NCBI GenBank assembly: GCA_004297735.1 | Contig: SCTI01000002.1 | Location: forward strand, 192,160 to 256,159 | DNA from: Patescibacteria group bacterium | Lineage (GTDB): Bacteria; Patescibacteriota; Saccharimonadia; UBA4664; SCTI01 | Length of the DNA stretch: 64,000 nt | Reading direction: 5' to 3' | Shown here: in pieces, positions 7,848-15,942 of the stretch | How positions within the stretch are numbered: the first letter of the stretch is position 1 | How the letters are laid out: each line of letters opens with the position of its first letter | Program-made: the position numbers and the translations under genes | The notes under the pieces: generated by a model | What the model was told of the DNA's origin: nothing | The model's database searches: none | The model's input: only the letters and a program-made list of their open reading frames with translations

Positions 7848-9574
7848 TTCCGCCGACTCTTAGGGGTTACTTGGAAGGCCAGGTATTTGCCGAGCATCAA
7901 TCGGGTTTGAGCATCAATCGCGGCGGTGGCGCTAAAAGCAATCGAAACCACCGGCACCAGCACCCATTGCAGTAACAAAAACAAGCGACGGCTGCTGCGG
8001 TAGCGGGCCGGACGTGGCGGTAGCGAGATCATGCTAATGGCCACCATGATAATCAACCCAACTAGAGCTATGTTCTGCAAGTTGCTGGCAATCACCGGTA
8101 GCTGATGAGCCAGCTCTTGGCGGCTGAACCGCTCATTTAAAAACAGCGGCAACCAAGCGCCAAAGGTCACAATTAACGCGGTGGTCGACCAGGCAATGTG
8201 CCCTTCGAGTAAGCGAAAAACGTGGACCGACTTGTTCCAAAAACCAATCCGACTGTTAATTAAGCAGTGGCGTACCACATAAGGAAAGTCGGAGATGCCA
8301 TAGGCCCAGCGGCGCAGCTGCTTGTACTGCGCCACAAAGGTCTTGGGATAGGTCTCGGCCAGTACCGCGTCCTGAAACACCGGAGTGTACATTGGTACCA
8401 CCTGATGGTCGCCGTCAAAGGCCAGCCAGCTGCGCCAGTACTGATGGCCGTCTTCAACCGGAGTCGAAACGCTCCAAAAATCGGTATCCAACAGCGCTCG
8501 CAAACCCTGGGCATGGGCCGAAAAGTTACGCAAACGGTGCGGGCGCATGGTCTCAATTAGGTGCCAAAAAGAGTTGTTGGTGGCAATAATTCGCATCGGA
8601 GCCGGGGCGTCCCAAATGTTGTTGTAGAACATTGGAACCGGTTGAAAGCTTTTGCGGCTGCGGTTTGGATCAATGCAGTAAAGATAGGTTAAGACCGAGA
8701 AGTACTGACGACTGGCGCGGTGGTCGGAATCAAAGGTGGTTACCACCACTCGCTCCGGGTCTAGCCCCTGGCCTTGGAGCTGCTCGGCTAGTTGACGACC
8801 GGCGTTGGTAATGTTGCCGCCCTTGCCGATCACCTCACCGGCAATACCGTCGGGATGCTCAATCGCCACGCACAGCCCAAAACGGTCGGCGTAGCGATCG
8901 GCTAGCTCCCGCGCTACCTGCTTGGTCTCCTCTGGCCCCCGCTCCTCGTATGCAATCGCTAGCATAATCTTCTTAGCGGGATAATCAACATCAAATAAAG
9001 CCTTAACCGATGGCTCAATAATATCGCGCGCCTCATTATAAACAGCCATAATAACCACGTGGTAAATTGAATCGGGATCAAGCGTAGCCGTTTGGCGCCC
9101 CTGAATATCGCGCAAGGTTTGAATCTGATTATGCAGCTCCAAATAGCGCTGGCGGTACTGGCTGTTACTGCCAAAACTTTGCCATCGGCTGGCGGCGCTA
9201 GGGTGAGTTCGCAATAAATCGCGCATCCGGCGCTCTGCCTTTGCCAGATATTCGTCGGGGTGGCGCAACCAGTCCACTCGTTCCGACCAGTCGGTTCGCT
9301 CAACCTTGCCCATAGTGCGGTAACCCAAGATCAAATATGAGCTGTAACGAAAAGCCCGTAGTAGCCAGAACAGGTAAAAAGCAATAATGCCATAAACCAC
9401 CACCATTGGCGCAAAAATACTTAGAACAACCGGTAAAACCAGTAGCAACCAGGTGGTTACGCCAGGCAGAATCTCAAGCGCACGGATAAACCAGCGCCGG
9501 TCAACCAGCGGCTGATACCGAACGCTCGGTTTGGTTGATTTTTTAAAGCTTGAATCGGTCGCCGAGCTACTCAT
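7844..9574 (-). CDS. processive family-2 glycosyltransferase (cellulose/chitin/PNAG-synthase-like) with flanking TM segments
   Basis: N-terminal TM helices, then VVIMAVYNEARDI (GT2 DxD region) and a QLRRWAYG motif (Q-x-x-RW), then C-terminal TM helices. 4-bp overlaps with both neighbours indicate an operon. Confidence 0.7.
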   Translation of the reverse strand: MSSSATDSSFKKSTKPSVRYQPLVDRRWFIRALEILPGVTTWLLLVLPVVLSIFAPMVVVYGIIAFYLFWLLRAFRYSSYLILGYRTMGKVERTDWSERVDWLRHPDEYLAKAERRMRDLLRTHPSAASRWQSFGSNSQYRQRYLELHNQIQTLRDIQGRQTATLDPDSIYHVVIMAVYNEARDIIEPSVKALFDVDYPAKKIMLAIAYEERGPEETKQVARELADRYADRFGLCVAIEHPDGIAGEVIGKGGNITNAGRQLAEQLQGQGLDPERVVVTTFDSDHRASRQYFSVLTYLYCIDPNRSRKSFQPVPMFYNNIWDAPAPMRIIATNNSFWHLIETMRPHRLRNFSAHAQGLRALLDTDFWSVSTPVEDGHQYWRSWLAFDGDHQVVPMYTPVFQDAVLAETYPKTFVAQYKQLRRWAYGISDFPYVVRHCLINSRIGFWNKSVHVFRLLEGHIAWSTTALIVTFGAWLPLFLNERFSRQELAHQLPVIASNLQNIALVGLIIMVAISMISLPPRPARYRSSRRLFLLLQWVLVPVVSIAFSATAAIDAQTRLMLGKYLAFQVTPKSRRK

Positions 9575-9957
9575 ACTACCGCAATAAAGGCCGAGCTAAT
9601 TACCAAACACAGCACCGCAACCGCCGCCGCGCCAATCAACAAAAAGAAGCTGGCTAGCCGGTTGCGCCCAAAGGCTTTGGCCGCTAGAGCGGTGTTTAAG
9701 ATTGTTACCGCCACCGCAAACAAGCCCAGACGGTAGTTCTGGTACCACGGCCCCATCTGGTCAAAGCCGACAAAACTGAGATAATGAACCGGCACCGGAT
9801 AGTCCACCTGGCGTAGCTTGGCCGCCACCAAAACCAGGTTGGCGATGTTGACTCCCGCCGCAACCAGCAGGGCGGTTAGCGACACTGGATCGGCCAGAAT
9901 TGGATGTTGGCGAAGATGGTTGGGGTGTAACCGTGATAAAAAGGATGTTACAGGCAT
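9571..9957 (-). CDS. small polytopic membrane protein (hypothetical), first gene of the GT2-WecA operon
   Basis: 128 aa with 3-4 predicted hydrophobic helices; stop overlaps the GT2 start. Confidence 0.45.
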   Translation of the reverse strand: MPVTSFLSRLHPNHLRQHPILADPVSLTALLVAAGVNIANLVLVAAKLRQVDYPVPVHYLSFVGFDQMGPWYQNYRLGLFAVAVTILNTALAAKAFGRNRLASFFLLIGAAAVAVLCLVISSAFIAVV

Positions 9958-10027
9958 GCTTGCATTATACTAGAAAAACCACCACTTTTTTGGTTAAATA
10001 CCAAGGTGTTGCCCGCCGACACCATCG

Positions 10028-10103
10028 GCCGATGTAGCTCAGTTGGTAGAGCAATGCTTTCGTAAAGCAGAGGTCAGCGGTTCAAATCCGCTCATCGGCT
10101 CCA
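10028..10103 (+). tRNA. tRNA-Thr (anticodon CGT)
   Basis: Hand-folded cloverleaf. Acceptor gccgatg/catcggc; anticodon loop ttCGTaa; GGTTCAAATCC T-arm; 3-prime CCA encoded. Confidence 0.85.
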
Positions 10104-10117
10104 TTTAATAAGGTCAT

Positions 10118-10191
10118 GCGGGTATAGTTCATCGGTAGAACGCGACCTTCCCAAGGTTGAGAGAGGGGTTCGACTCCCCTTACCCGCTCCA
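10118..10191 (+). tRNA. tRNA-Gly (anticodon CCC)
   Basis: Acceptor gcgggta/tacccgc; anticodon loop ttCCCaa; GGTTCGACTCC T-arm; discriminator U; CCA encoded. Confidence 0.85.
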
Positions 10192-10195
10192 GTAA

Positions 10196-10762
10196 TTATT
10201 TAATAAAGCGGAACGAATTTATAAAGCCTTCTGTATCGATAGGTTCTGATTGAGAGCCGATTGAATTTATTACATACCGCTTCCCATTATAAATCGCGAT
10301 GACTGCCGTGCCTGTCCCTTGTTCTTGGTGGTTAATATCAACGCGCTTAGCCGGCTGACCATCTAGCTTAACATCAGAGACCGAACCCACGGTTAACCCA
10401 GCGAGGGTCAGCCCTTCAATGGCTGAGGCATATTGTTGCTCCTGGGTCAGTGTGGCATCGAGATTGCCATCGACCATCACCCCGGTGCTATACAGCGGCC
10501 CATTATTAACTCCATATTTAGCCTGCTGATACATCTCACTACTCTGGACTGATGGTTTACCCGGAAACTTGGCACAAAAACTATCTTGCTTATAGCAGTG
10601 TTCTTTCCAAGACAACGAAGGCTTTTCTCCTATCATTGGATTTGCTAAGCCGGTAGCTGGCAGGAATATATTAATGACACTCAACTTCATAAAGACGTAG
10701 GCAAGCCACAGTCCAAAAATAATTCCGAGCATCACCTTTGGTTTATTATCTGCAATGGTCAT
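10196..10762 (-). CDS. hypothetical membrane-anchored protein (signal-anchor + extracytoplasmic domain)
   Basis: 188 aa with a single N-terminal TM (MLGIIFGLWLAYVFM). No recognisable motif. Confidence 0.45.
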   Translation of the reverse strand: MTIADNKPKVMLGIIFGLWLAYVFMKLSVINIFLPATGLANPMIGEKPSLSWKEHCYKQDSFCAKFPGKPSVQSSEMYQQAKYGVNNGPLYSTGVMVDGNLDATLTQEQQYASAIEGLTLAGLTVGSVSDVKLDGQPAKRVDINHQEQGTGTAVIAIYNGKRYVINSIGSQSEPIDTEGFINSFRFIK

Positions 10763-10842
10763 GCCGCAAATAATAACACTTTTTTTGTATTTTACAATAT
10801 TAAAAGCGGCTTAAGCCCACTTATCAGCTCCAGGAATTATAC

Positions 10843-11229
10843 CTACACCAATGCCTTTGCTCGCCCAGAACTCTGATTAACCAGCTTTTTATCAAATGTC
10901 CAAACCGGCAGGGCGCCCTGCAGCTCAGCGTAATTCATAAGGCAGCAATCCAAGAATGATAAGGCGGGATGGTCTAAATACTCGGTGATTGCTCGGCGGA
11001 ACATGATGCGGTTACAGTTAAAAACCGGCTCATCAACTACCTTATTGAGATTATCAGCCACCGTCTCTCGTGGAAGCTCATAAAACTTCTCCAGCGCGAA
11101 GGCAAGCTCCACAATAATTGCATCTGGAATCTGCAGCTCCGGCGAACGCACCAACAGCGCGTCGATTTTAGCGGTTCGATCTACGTCACGGTCAAGCAAC
11201 CAGTCTAGGAGCACATTCGTATCTAACAC
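10843..11229 (-). CDS. vapC: type II toxin VapC (PIN-domain ribonuclease)
   Basis: MLDTNVLLDWL PIN N-terminal motif with conserved Asp; 128 aa; directly downstream of the antitoxin. Confidence 0.8.
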   Translation of the reverse strand: MLDTNVLLDWLLDRDVDRTAKIDALLVRSPELQIPDAIIVELAFALEKFYELPRETVADNLNKVVDEPVFNCNRIMFRRAITEYLDHPALSFLDCCLMNYAELQGALPVWTFDKKLVNQSSGRAKALV

Positions 11230-11230
11230 C

Positions 11231-11485
11231 TTAAACCGACCCTTTTACCTGTGCAGTATACCCCGCCCCGCTAACATACTCCTTGTGAGCAGTCTTGGCT
11301 TTTGCGAGAGCCTGCTTGTTGGCGGCCCGCAGCTCTTGAATGGTCTGCTCGCGGCCAACTACATACTCTCCGTATCGATTTCGAGTAAACGAAACCAACA
11401 TACCTGGTTTAATACCAAGATGATCGCGAATATCCTTCGGAATAGTGGTCGTACCCTTGTCGGTGAGTATGGTTTTATATGTCAT
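11231..11485 (-). CDS. vapB: type II antitoxin VapB (AbrB/MazE/SpoVT swapped-hairpin fold)
   Basis: TIPKDIRDHLGIKPGMLV SpoVT/AbrB-type DNA-binding motif; 84 aa; 1-nt gap to vapC. Confidence 0.75.
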   Translation of the reverse strand: MTYKTILTDKGTTTIPKDIRDHLGIKPGMLVSFTRNRYGEYVVGREQTIQELRAANKQALAKAKTAHKEYVSGAGYTAQVKGSV

Positions 11486-11513
11486 GGTATGAATTATACA
11501 TTTAATTCATACC
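11486..11513 (-). promoter_or_regulatory. vapBC operator: perfect 11-bp inverted repeat ggtatgaatta-N6-taattcatacc abutting the vapB start codon
   Basis: Seen directly in the sequence; perfect dyad symmetry. TA antitoxins classically autoregulate at such palindromes. Confidence 0.55.
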
Positions 11514-11528
11514 AAATGTCAAGGGCTG

Positions 11529-11723
11529 TTACGCTGGTCTAGCCTTCTTCATCTTGCGCCGCTCGTGGCGCTCAGCCAGCATATCAAACTCAAACTGACT
11601 GGCAATTAGATCCTTGGCCTCCTCCAGTGTCATATAAAATAGCTGCGGATCCTCATACGGATTAGCCCTTAAATCTTTGATTTTCTTACCACGAGATCTA
11701 CTCATACTCTCTTCCCCATCCAT
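11529..11723 (-). CDS. hypothetical small protein (64 aa)
   Basis: ORF only; charged and helical in character. Confidence 0.3.
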   Translation of the reverse strand: MDGEESMSRSRGKKIKDLRANPYEDPQLFYMTLEEAKDLIASQFEFDMLAERHERRKMKKARPA

Positions 11724-11827
11724 TAGTTACTGACCTCAGTATTGCAAGATAGGGCTCAATGCAACATGGCGGTTGTTACAAACCTCGCCATGTTAGTTAT
11801 GTTAGTTTTAGCAGTTTGCGCTAATGC

Positions 11828-12277
11828 CTATTGCGCCTGCAAATAATCTTTATAAATGTAGCCGTTTTTACCCTGGTAAGTGATGCCTTGCCAGGTTGAG
11901 TTGGCGTCGTCACGGAGCTGCACCACGGTACCGGCCTCCAGGTTGGTAACGATTGCCGTAGTCGTACTCTTACCCGCCCGCACATTAACATAAGACACCG
12001 TAATAGCGGTCTTGGCGGCCGGCGCCACAGCTGGTGCCGGAGCGGCTTTAGGCGCCGCTGCCACTGGCTGAGGCTCAACCTTGGTCGGCTGAGTGGCGGT
12101 GGGCGTTGGGTCGGGGTCTGGGGCGGGAGTCGATGGCTGGCCCTGGAGCCAGCTTCGGACCGGATCAATAATTACGCTGGGTGCCAACTGCATCCAAGTA
12201 ACGCCGGCGGCGCACAGCAAGGTAATGGCGCTTACGGTGATCCACTGCTTAACGGCGTTGGGTTGAGTTTGATGCAT
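11828..12277 (-). CDS. membrane-anchored SH3b (bacterial SH3 type 3) domain protein with Pro/Ala/Thr-rich linker
   Basis: N-terminal TM; PAPDPDPTPTATQPTK linker; C-terminal VNVRAGKSTTTAIVTNLEAGTVV...WQGITYQGKNGYIYKDYL matches the SH3_3 pattern. Confidence 0.6.
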   Translation of the reverse strand: MHQTQPNAVKQWITVSAITLLCAAGVTWMQLAPSVIIDPVRSWLQGQPSTPAPDPDPTPTATQPTKVEPQPVAAAPKAAPAPAVAPAAKTAITVSYVNVRAGKSTTTAIVTNLEAGTVVQLRDDANSTWQGITYQGKNGYIYKDYLQAQ

Positions 12278-12281
12278 GGCT

Positions 12282-12746
12282 CTACTTTTGGTACATGGTC
12301 AAATAGAGGTACACTCCCCCAAAGACCAGACCCCCTAAGATGATCAAAAGCAAAATAAACCGAATAAAAGCACCCCAAAAACGCTTGCGACTGCTCTGCA
12401 CCTTAACCACATCAACCGCTTCGCCGGCAACCAAGTCATCTGGTTGAGGCGCAATTGGCTGTACCGGTGGCGCCTCAGGTGGCTTAACCGGAGCTGGCTC
12501 CTCTTTGCGCGGCTTCACCTCGGGTTGAGGTTTTTTAACGGCAGCTGGTGCCGGGGTTGGCTCGGTTGGCGCCGCAATAGCCGACTTGCCGTGTTGGCGC
12601 AGGTCGATCACATGAGCGCTCGAAGCCGGTGTGGCATCCAGCCCCTTACGAGTACCGCTCTTTACCGTGGCCGCTCGCTTCTTGCCTCTAACTGGTTTAT
12701 CTGGCTCCATTAGCTCCATTTTATACCCTGCCCCCACACTATTCAA
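12282..12746 (-). CDS. hypothetical proline-rich protein with C-terminal TM anchor
   Basis: 154 aa, PEVKPRKEEPAPVKPPEAPPVQP low-complexity region, C-terminal hydrophobic helix. Adjacent to the SH3b gene. Confidence 0.45.
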   Translation of the reverse strand: MNSVGAGYKMELMEPDKPVRGKKRAATVKSGTRKGLDATPASSAHVIDLRQHGKSAIAAPTEPTPAPAAVKKPQPEVKPRKEEPAPVKPPEAPPVQPIAPQPDDLVAGEAVDVVKVQSSRKRFWGAFIRFILLLIILGGLVFGGVYLYLTMYQK

Positions 12747-12845
12747 CTTATGGTTAATGTTTTGGGTAGTTTTTGTGTTCAGCCCACCTGATAGTCATTG
12801 CCAAAGTAGTCCAAAACTGCTACTATAAGCCAGTTCTTTTGGCGT

Positions 12846-12922
12846 GGGCTCGTGGTGTAGAGGCCTAACATGCCTCCCTGTCACGGAGGAGATCGCCGGT
12901 TCGAATCCGGTCGGGCCCGCCA
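12846..12922 (+). tRNA. tRNA-Asp (anticodon GTC)
   Basis: Acceptor gggctcg/cgggccc (one G-U); anticodon loop ctGTCac; GGTTCGAATCC T-arm; CCA encoded. A TTGCCA-17-TACTAT promoter lies at about 12800-12830. Confidence 0.85.
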
Positions 12923-12951
12923 TTGCAATTATAAGTGTTTTGTGGTATAGT
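12918..12951 (+). promoter_or_regulatory. sigma70-type promoter P1 (cattgcaattat ... TTGCAA-17-TATAGT), starts in the tRNA-Asp 3-prime end
   Basis: -35 TTGCAA at 12923-12928, 17-bp spacer, -10 TATAGT at 12946-12951. One of three near-identical promoters. Confidence 0.5.
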
Positions 12952-12994
12952 AATTAATCCTAATTCTGTAAAGACTCTACAGGAAGAACCTACC

Positions 12995-13501
12995 ATGTCA
13001 GGAATCACCCCGGCACACACCAAGCGTTGGCTCGAAGAGCGGGCTTGGTGGAGCGCCAACTGGCGTAGCTGCCTTGCCACTCTCGACTCCGAGCGAGCCC
13101 TCACGTTCGTAAAGATGCATTACGGCCTAGATGACAATGGTCAGCCGAGTGCTGATCGCCAGGGATCTACGCTCAAATACCTTGGGGTCTCGTACAACTG
13201 TTCGCCCGAGAGAGTGAAGATGCAGATCAATGAGACAAAAAACCTCCTTCAGTCGCCGCTCGAGCCACAAAGCTACGTGGTAATGCGAATGCCTCGCCGC
13301 TTCAACCCACCGGTAAAGAACTTGCCGCTTTCTCAACGGCTACTCAACAGACTGGCAGAAAGGATTGGCACCCTCAATGAGCTGCTGGCTCTTACGGAGG
13401 AAGATATCCTCAAGATCCCCAGCGTGGGTGATCACCTGCTAAAGGAGCTGACTGAGTACCTCGAGGCTCGCGGCCTCAAGCTGGCTCAGCCAGTCTCGTG
13501 A
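12995..13501 (+). CDS. chimeric sigma-70 region-4-like HTH + RNA polymerase alpha-subunit C-terminal-domain-like (HhH) protein
   Basis: N-terminal half LDSERALTFVKMHYGLDDNGQ...TLKYLGVSYNCSPERVKMQINETKNLL aligns by eye to sigma-70 region 4.2 ([48 protein letters not shown]). C-terminal [54 protein letters not shown] aligns to alpha-CTD ([53 protein letters not shown]). Start at MSGITPAH (12995) chosen for its RBS aggaag. Confidence 0.5.
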   Translation: MSGITPAHTKRWLEERAWWSANWRSCLATLDSERALTFVKMHYGLDDNGQPSADRQGSTLKYLGVSYNCSPERVKMQINETKNLLQSPLEPQSYVVMRMPRRFNPPVKNLPLSQRLLNRLAERIGTLNELLALTEEDILKIPSVGDHLLKELTEYLEARGLKLAQPVS

Positions 13502-13619
13502 CTCCCAGCGCCTCGTGCGCAGCAAAAGCTCTACGGAGAGATTCCGTACCAGCCCGCTGCGTGCGGGGCGCTTTTGCTATTCTGGTGCGGAAAAGTTCTA
13601 ACCTCATCCGATACGACCC

Positions 13620-13652
13620 ATCATTGCAATTATTTAATATTTATGTTATAAT
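13620..13652 (+). promoter_or_regulatory. sigma70-type promoter P2 (tcattgcaattat ... TTGCAA-17-TATAAT)
   Basis: -35 at 13624-13629, 17-bp spacer, -10 TATAAT at 13647-13652. Confidence 0.5.
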
Positions 13653-13707
13653 ATAACAATCTTTTCAAGTGTACCTGGTGCGTAAGCACTCAACTAAAGG
13701 AGCAGCC

Positions 13708-14061
13708 ATGCCCAGCCCATTCATGGCAGATATGGGAACCGGTCCGGTGTACGGTGCGGATGAGGACAACGCGGCCACCAACATCAAGACCCTCATCGCC
13801 GACTGCGGGCTAGAGGGTGCCTCATGCGTACGTGATGCCTCGGGTGACTGCGACGGTCGCTTCACCTTCGTGATCTATCGGCCCGACGCTGGTCTCTGCG
13901 CGGTCGTGGACATGCCGGGACTCCAGCTCGAGAAGGTTCGGCGCATGGGAGACGACAACGTGGTCGGCTTCCCACGGCTCTACGTCAATGGCGGGAGCTG
14001 GATCTGGATGTACGCGGTCGACATCATCAAGATGTCGCTCGAACCGACTGAAGACGACTAG
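13708..14061 (+). CDS. hypothetical protein (117 aa), high-GC
   Basis: RBS aaaggag. GC content markedly above flanks. Confidence 0.45.
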   Translation: MPSPFMADMGTGPVYGADEDNAATNIKTLIADCGLEGASCVRDASGDCDGRFTFVIYRPDAGLCAVVDMPGLQLEKVRRMGDDNVVGFPRLYVNGGSWIWMYAVDIIKMSLEPTEDD

Positions 14062-14070
14062 GAGCAGATC

Positions 14071-14275
14071 GATGAACACCCTCGTGCATATCGTGTTGGG
14101 CGTCTTCCTACTGGCGACAGGCGGAGGGCTTCTCTGGCTTGCCAGGTGGGGCTACCGCAGCTACCTCAAGGAAGCGCCGCGTGGCTACTACCACATGCTG
14201 AACCAGATGACGGTTCTCATCGTCGGAGCCTGCTTCAGTTTTACGGCGGCGATCATCTTGTTCGCCACCATCTAA
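14071..14275 (+). CDS. hypothetical small two-TM membrane protein (68 aa)
   Basis: RBS taggag; two hydrophobic helices. The ORF track gives a longer out-of-context start at 13988. Confidence 0.4.
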
Positions 14276-14449
14276 CCCCCATGGGTTTTCATGAAGTTTT
14301 ATGAAGGCCCCTCTGGGGGTTTCTTCGTAGTATGTATGCAGAGAGACCGGCGGAGGCTTTTCATTTGTATTTATAAGAGTTTTATGCTATAAGTATGTAC
14401 TTGTGGCCTCTATAAGAGGAGGCTTGTTCGACCAGGAGGTCAAAACAAC

Positions 14450-14851
14450 ATGCCAAGCACCATTTCGCTGGGGCTGACGCCATCGCTCGTACGCATGGCT
14501 CAGAAGGTTCTGGAGGCCTATAAGGCCGACTACCTCGATAGGGAGGGTCATGAGGATGCCTACTTCGAAACCGCCGAACACACGGTGAAGCATCTGATCC
14601 CCAACCTGCACGCAGCCATCCGCTTCGTCAACGAGCTGTGCGAAGCCGGCTACGGCCTGATCGTGCCGGATAGGGAGGACCAAGAGGCGCTACTCCCCAC
14701 GCTCGCTGCTTGGCACCAGGAAGGTAGCTCATTCAAGCCGCTCGATCTGCTCGAGTTCATCCGTGGCGTCGCCCGGGCGCACATCTGGGATCAGCTACGC
14801 AACGAGGCCAATGCGATCCGAGTTCAGCGCGGTGAGTGCCCGGCCGGCTAG
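14450..14851 (+). CDS. hypothetical protein (133 aa)
   Basis: RBS accaggagg; followed by a conserved terminator. Confidence 0.5.
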   Translation: MPSTISLGLTPSLVRMAQKVLEAYKADYLDREGHEDAYFETAEHTVKHLIPNLHAAIRFVNELCEAGYGLIVPDREDQEALLPTLAAWHQEGSSFKPLDLLEFIRGVARAHIWDQLRNEANAIRVQRGECPAG

Positions 14852-14862
14852 CCCCAAGCAGC

Positions 14863-14899
14863 AAGGAAATCCCTGCCGTTTGGGGCTCTTTCCTTTTTT
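14863..14899 (+). terminator. intrinsic terminator, conserved family member (aaggaaatCCCTGCcGTttGGGGctctttcc + T6)
   Basis: Nested stem plus T-run. Shares about 25 nt with the hairpins at 15943 and 19285. Confidence 0.55.
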
Positions 14900-14940
14900 A
14901 TGCATTTGACCTTATCCCCTCACCCTCTCATTATCTAGAC

Positions 14941-15444
14941 ATGGAGAATAAAGAGCTACGGACCGAACTGCTAGCGATGCGTAAAGCCGATCAATCTTTG
15001 CGCCTGCAGTGGCCAGACAAGCACAATGACCCTAAGTGGGTTGAGCGGGTCAAAGAGCTTGATCACCTACACACAACGCGAATGAAGCAGATTGTCGAGC
15101 AAAATGGCTGGCCGACAGTCTCTATGGTCGACAAGGATGGCTCTGAGGCGGCTTGGTTGTTGGTTCAGCATGCCGATCATGACCTGGAGTTTCAGCTTAC
15201 TTGCCTGGATTTGATGGGAAAAAAGGCCAATGATGTTGACCCGATTAACATCGCTTACCTCACCGATCGCACCTTAGTAAGCCGAGGCAAGCCCCAAATC
15301 TATGGCACCCAGTTTTACCGACCAAGCGGCAAGGGCAAGCATATCCCGCAACCGATTCAAGATCCTGAGCTTGTTGATGAGCGCCGTGCTGAGCTTGGTC
15401 TGCATACGCTTAAGGAGTATTCGCAAGTTATCAACCGAGAATAA
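14941..15444 (+). CDS. hypothetical protein (167 aa)
   Basis: Start moved to MENKELRTEL because the ORF-track start at 14836 would read through the terminator. No strong RBS. Confidence 0.4.
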   Translation: MENKELRTELLAMRKADQSLRLQWPDKHNDPKWVERVKELDHLHTTRMKQIVEQNGWPTVSMVDKDGSEAAWLLVQHADHDLEFQLTCLDLMGKKANDVDPINIAYLTDRTLVSRGKPQIYGTQFYRPSGKGKHIPQPIQDPELVDERRAELGLHTLKEYSQVINRE

Positions 15445-15454
15445 GCCGTCTCTG

Positions 15455-15487
15455 GCTATTGCAATTATTTCATTTTTATTATATAAT
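15455..15487 (+). promoter_or_regulatory. sigma70-type promoter P3 (ctattgcaattat ... TTGCAA-17-TATAAT)
   Basis: -35 at 15459-15464, 17-bp spacer, -10 TATAAT at 15482-15487. Confidence 0.5.
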
Positions 15488-15522
15488 AAATAATCTTTCG
15501 TCCTACAATAGGGAGTAAAGCA

Positions 15523-15900
15523 ATGACTACCTTCAGTAAGGTCAAAGACGTACTAGAGCAGGCCAACACCGACTGCGAGCGGCTCCGCCTGGAGGCAGAT
15601 GCCCGCCTTCAGGGAGCGCAAGATGCTGAGGGCTATAGAGCAAAGCTGGTTGAACGCGCACAGATAGTCGCCGCTCTCGGCAAAAAGGTTGAACCGCTCC
15701 TCGGAAACTCTCCTGCGGAGCTGGACCTCTACCACCGCATACTCACGTTGGCGGGCACAGCAGAACATGCCCTCAAGGAGTATGAACAAGATCAGAGCGG
15801 GACTTTGGGGTTGGGCGTAATCCTCCACTATCGGGACGATACCACGAACGACCCAAATCGCCTGGAGCGTCTAGTAGAGCTCGCGGGCAAGTTGTCCTAA
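15523..15900 (+). CDS. hypothetical protein (125 aa)
   Basis: RBS gggag 7 nt upstream; coiled-coil-like. Confidence 0.5.
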   Translation: MTTFSKVKDVLEQANTDCERLRLEADARLQGAQDAEGYRAKLVERAQIVAALGKKVEPLLGNSPAELDLYHRILTLAGTAEHALKEYEQDQSGTLGLGVILHYRDDTTNDPNRLERLVELAGKLS

Positions 15901-15942
15901 TCACCGCCACCATACGGACCCCCATCTAGTCCTCATGCAGTA

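Noticed and set aside
8260-9303. Several 65-114-aa ORFs inside the GT2 synthase gene on both strands.
   Set aside because: They lie internal or antisense to a long, motif-supported CDS.
12865-13104. 79-aa minus-strand ORF.
   Set aside because: It overlaps the tRNA-Asp gene and promoter P1. Spurious.
12918-15487. The repeated cattgcaattat 12-mer, initially read as attL/attR-type direct repeats of the tRNA-Asp 3-prime end.
   Set aside because: Only the last 4 nt (gcca) overlap the tRNA. Each copy is followed at exactly 17 bp by a consensus -10 (tataat/tatagt). A promoter family explains this better than an att repeat.
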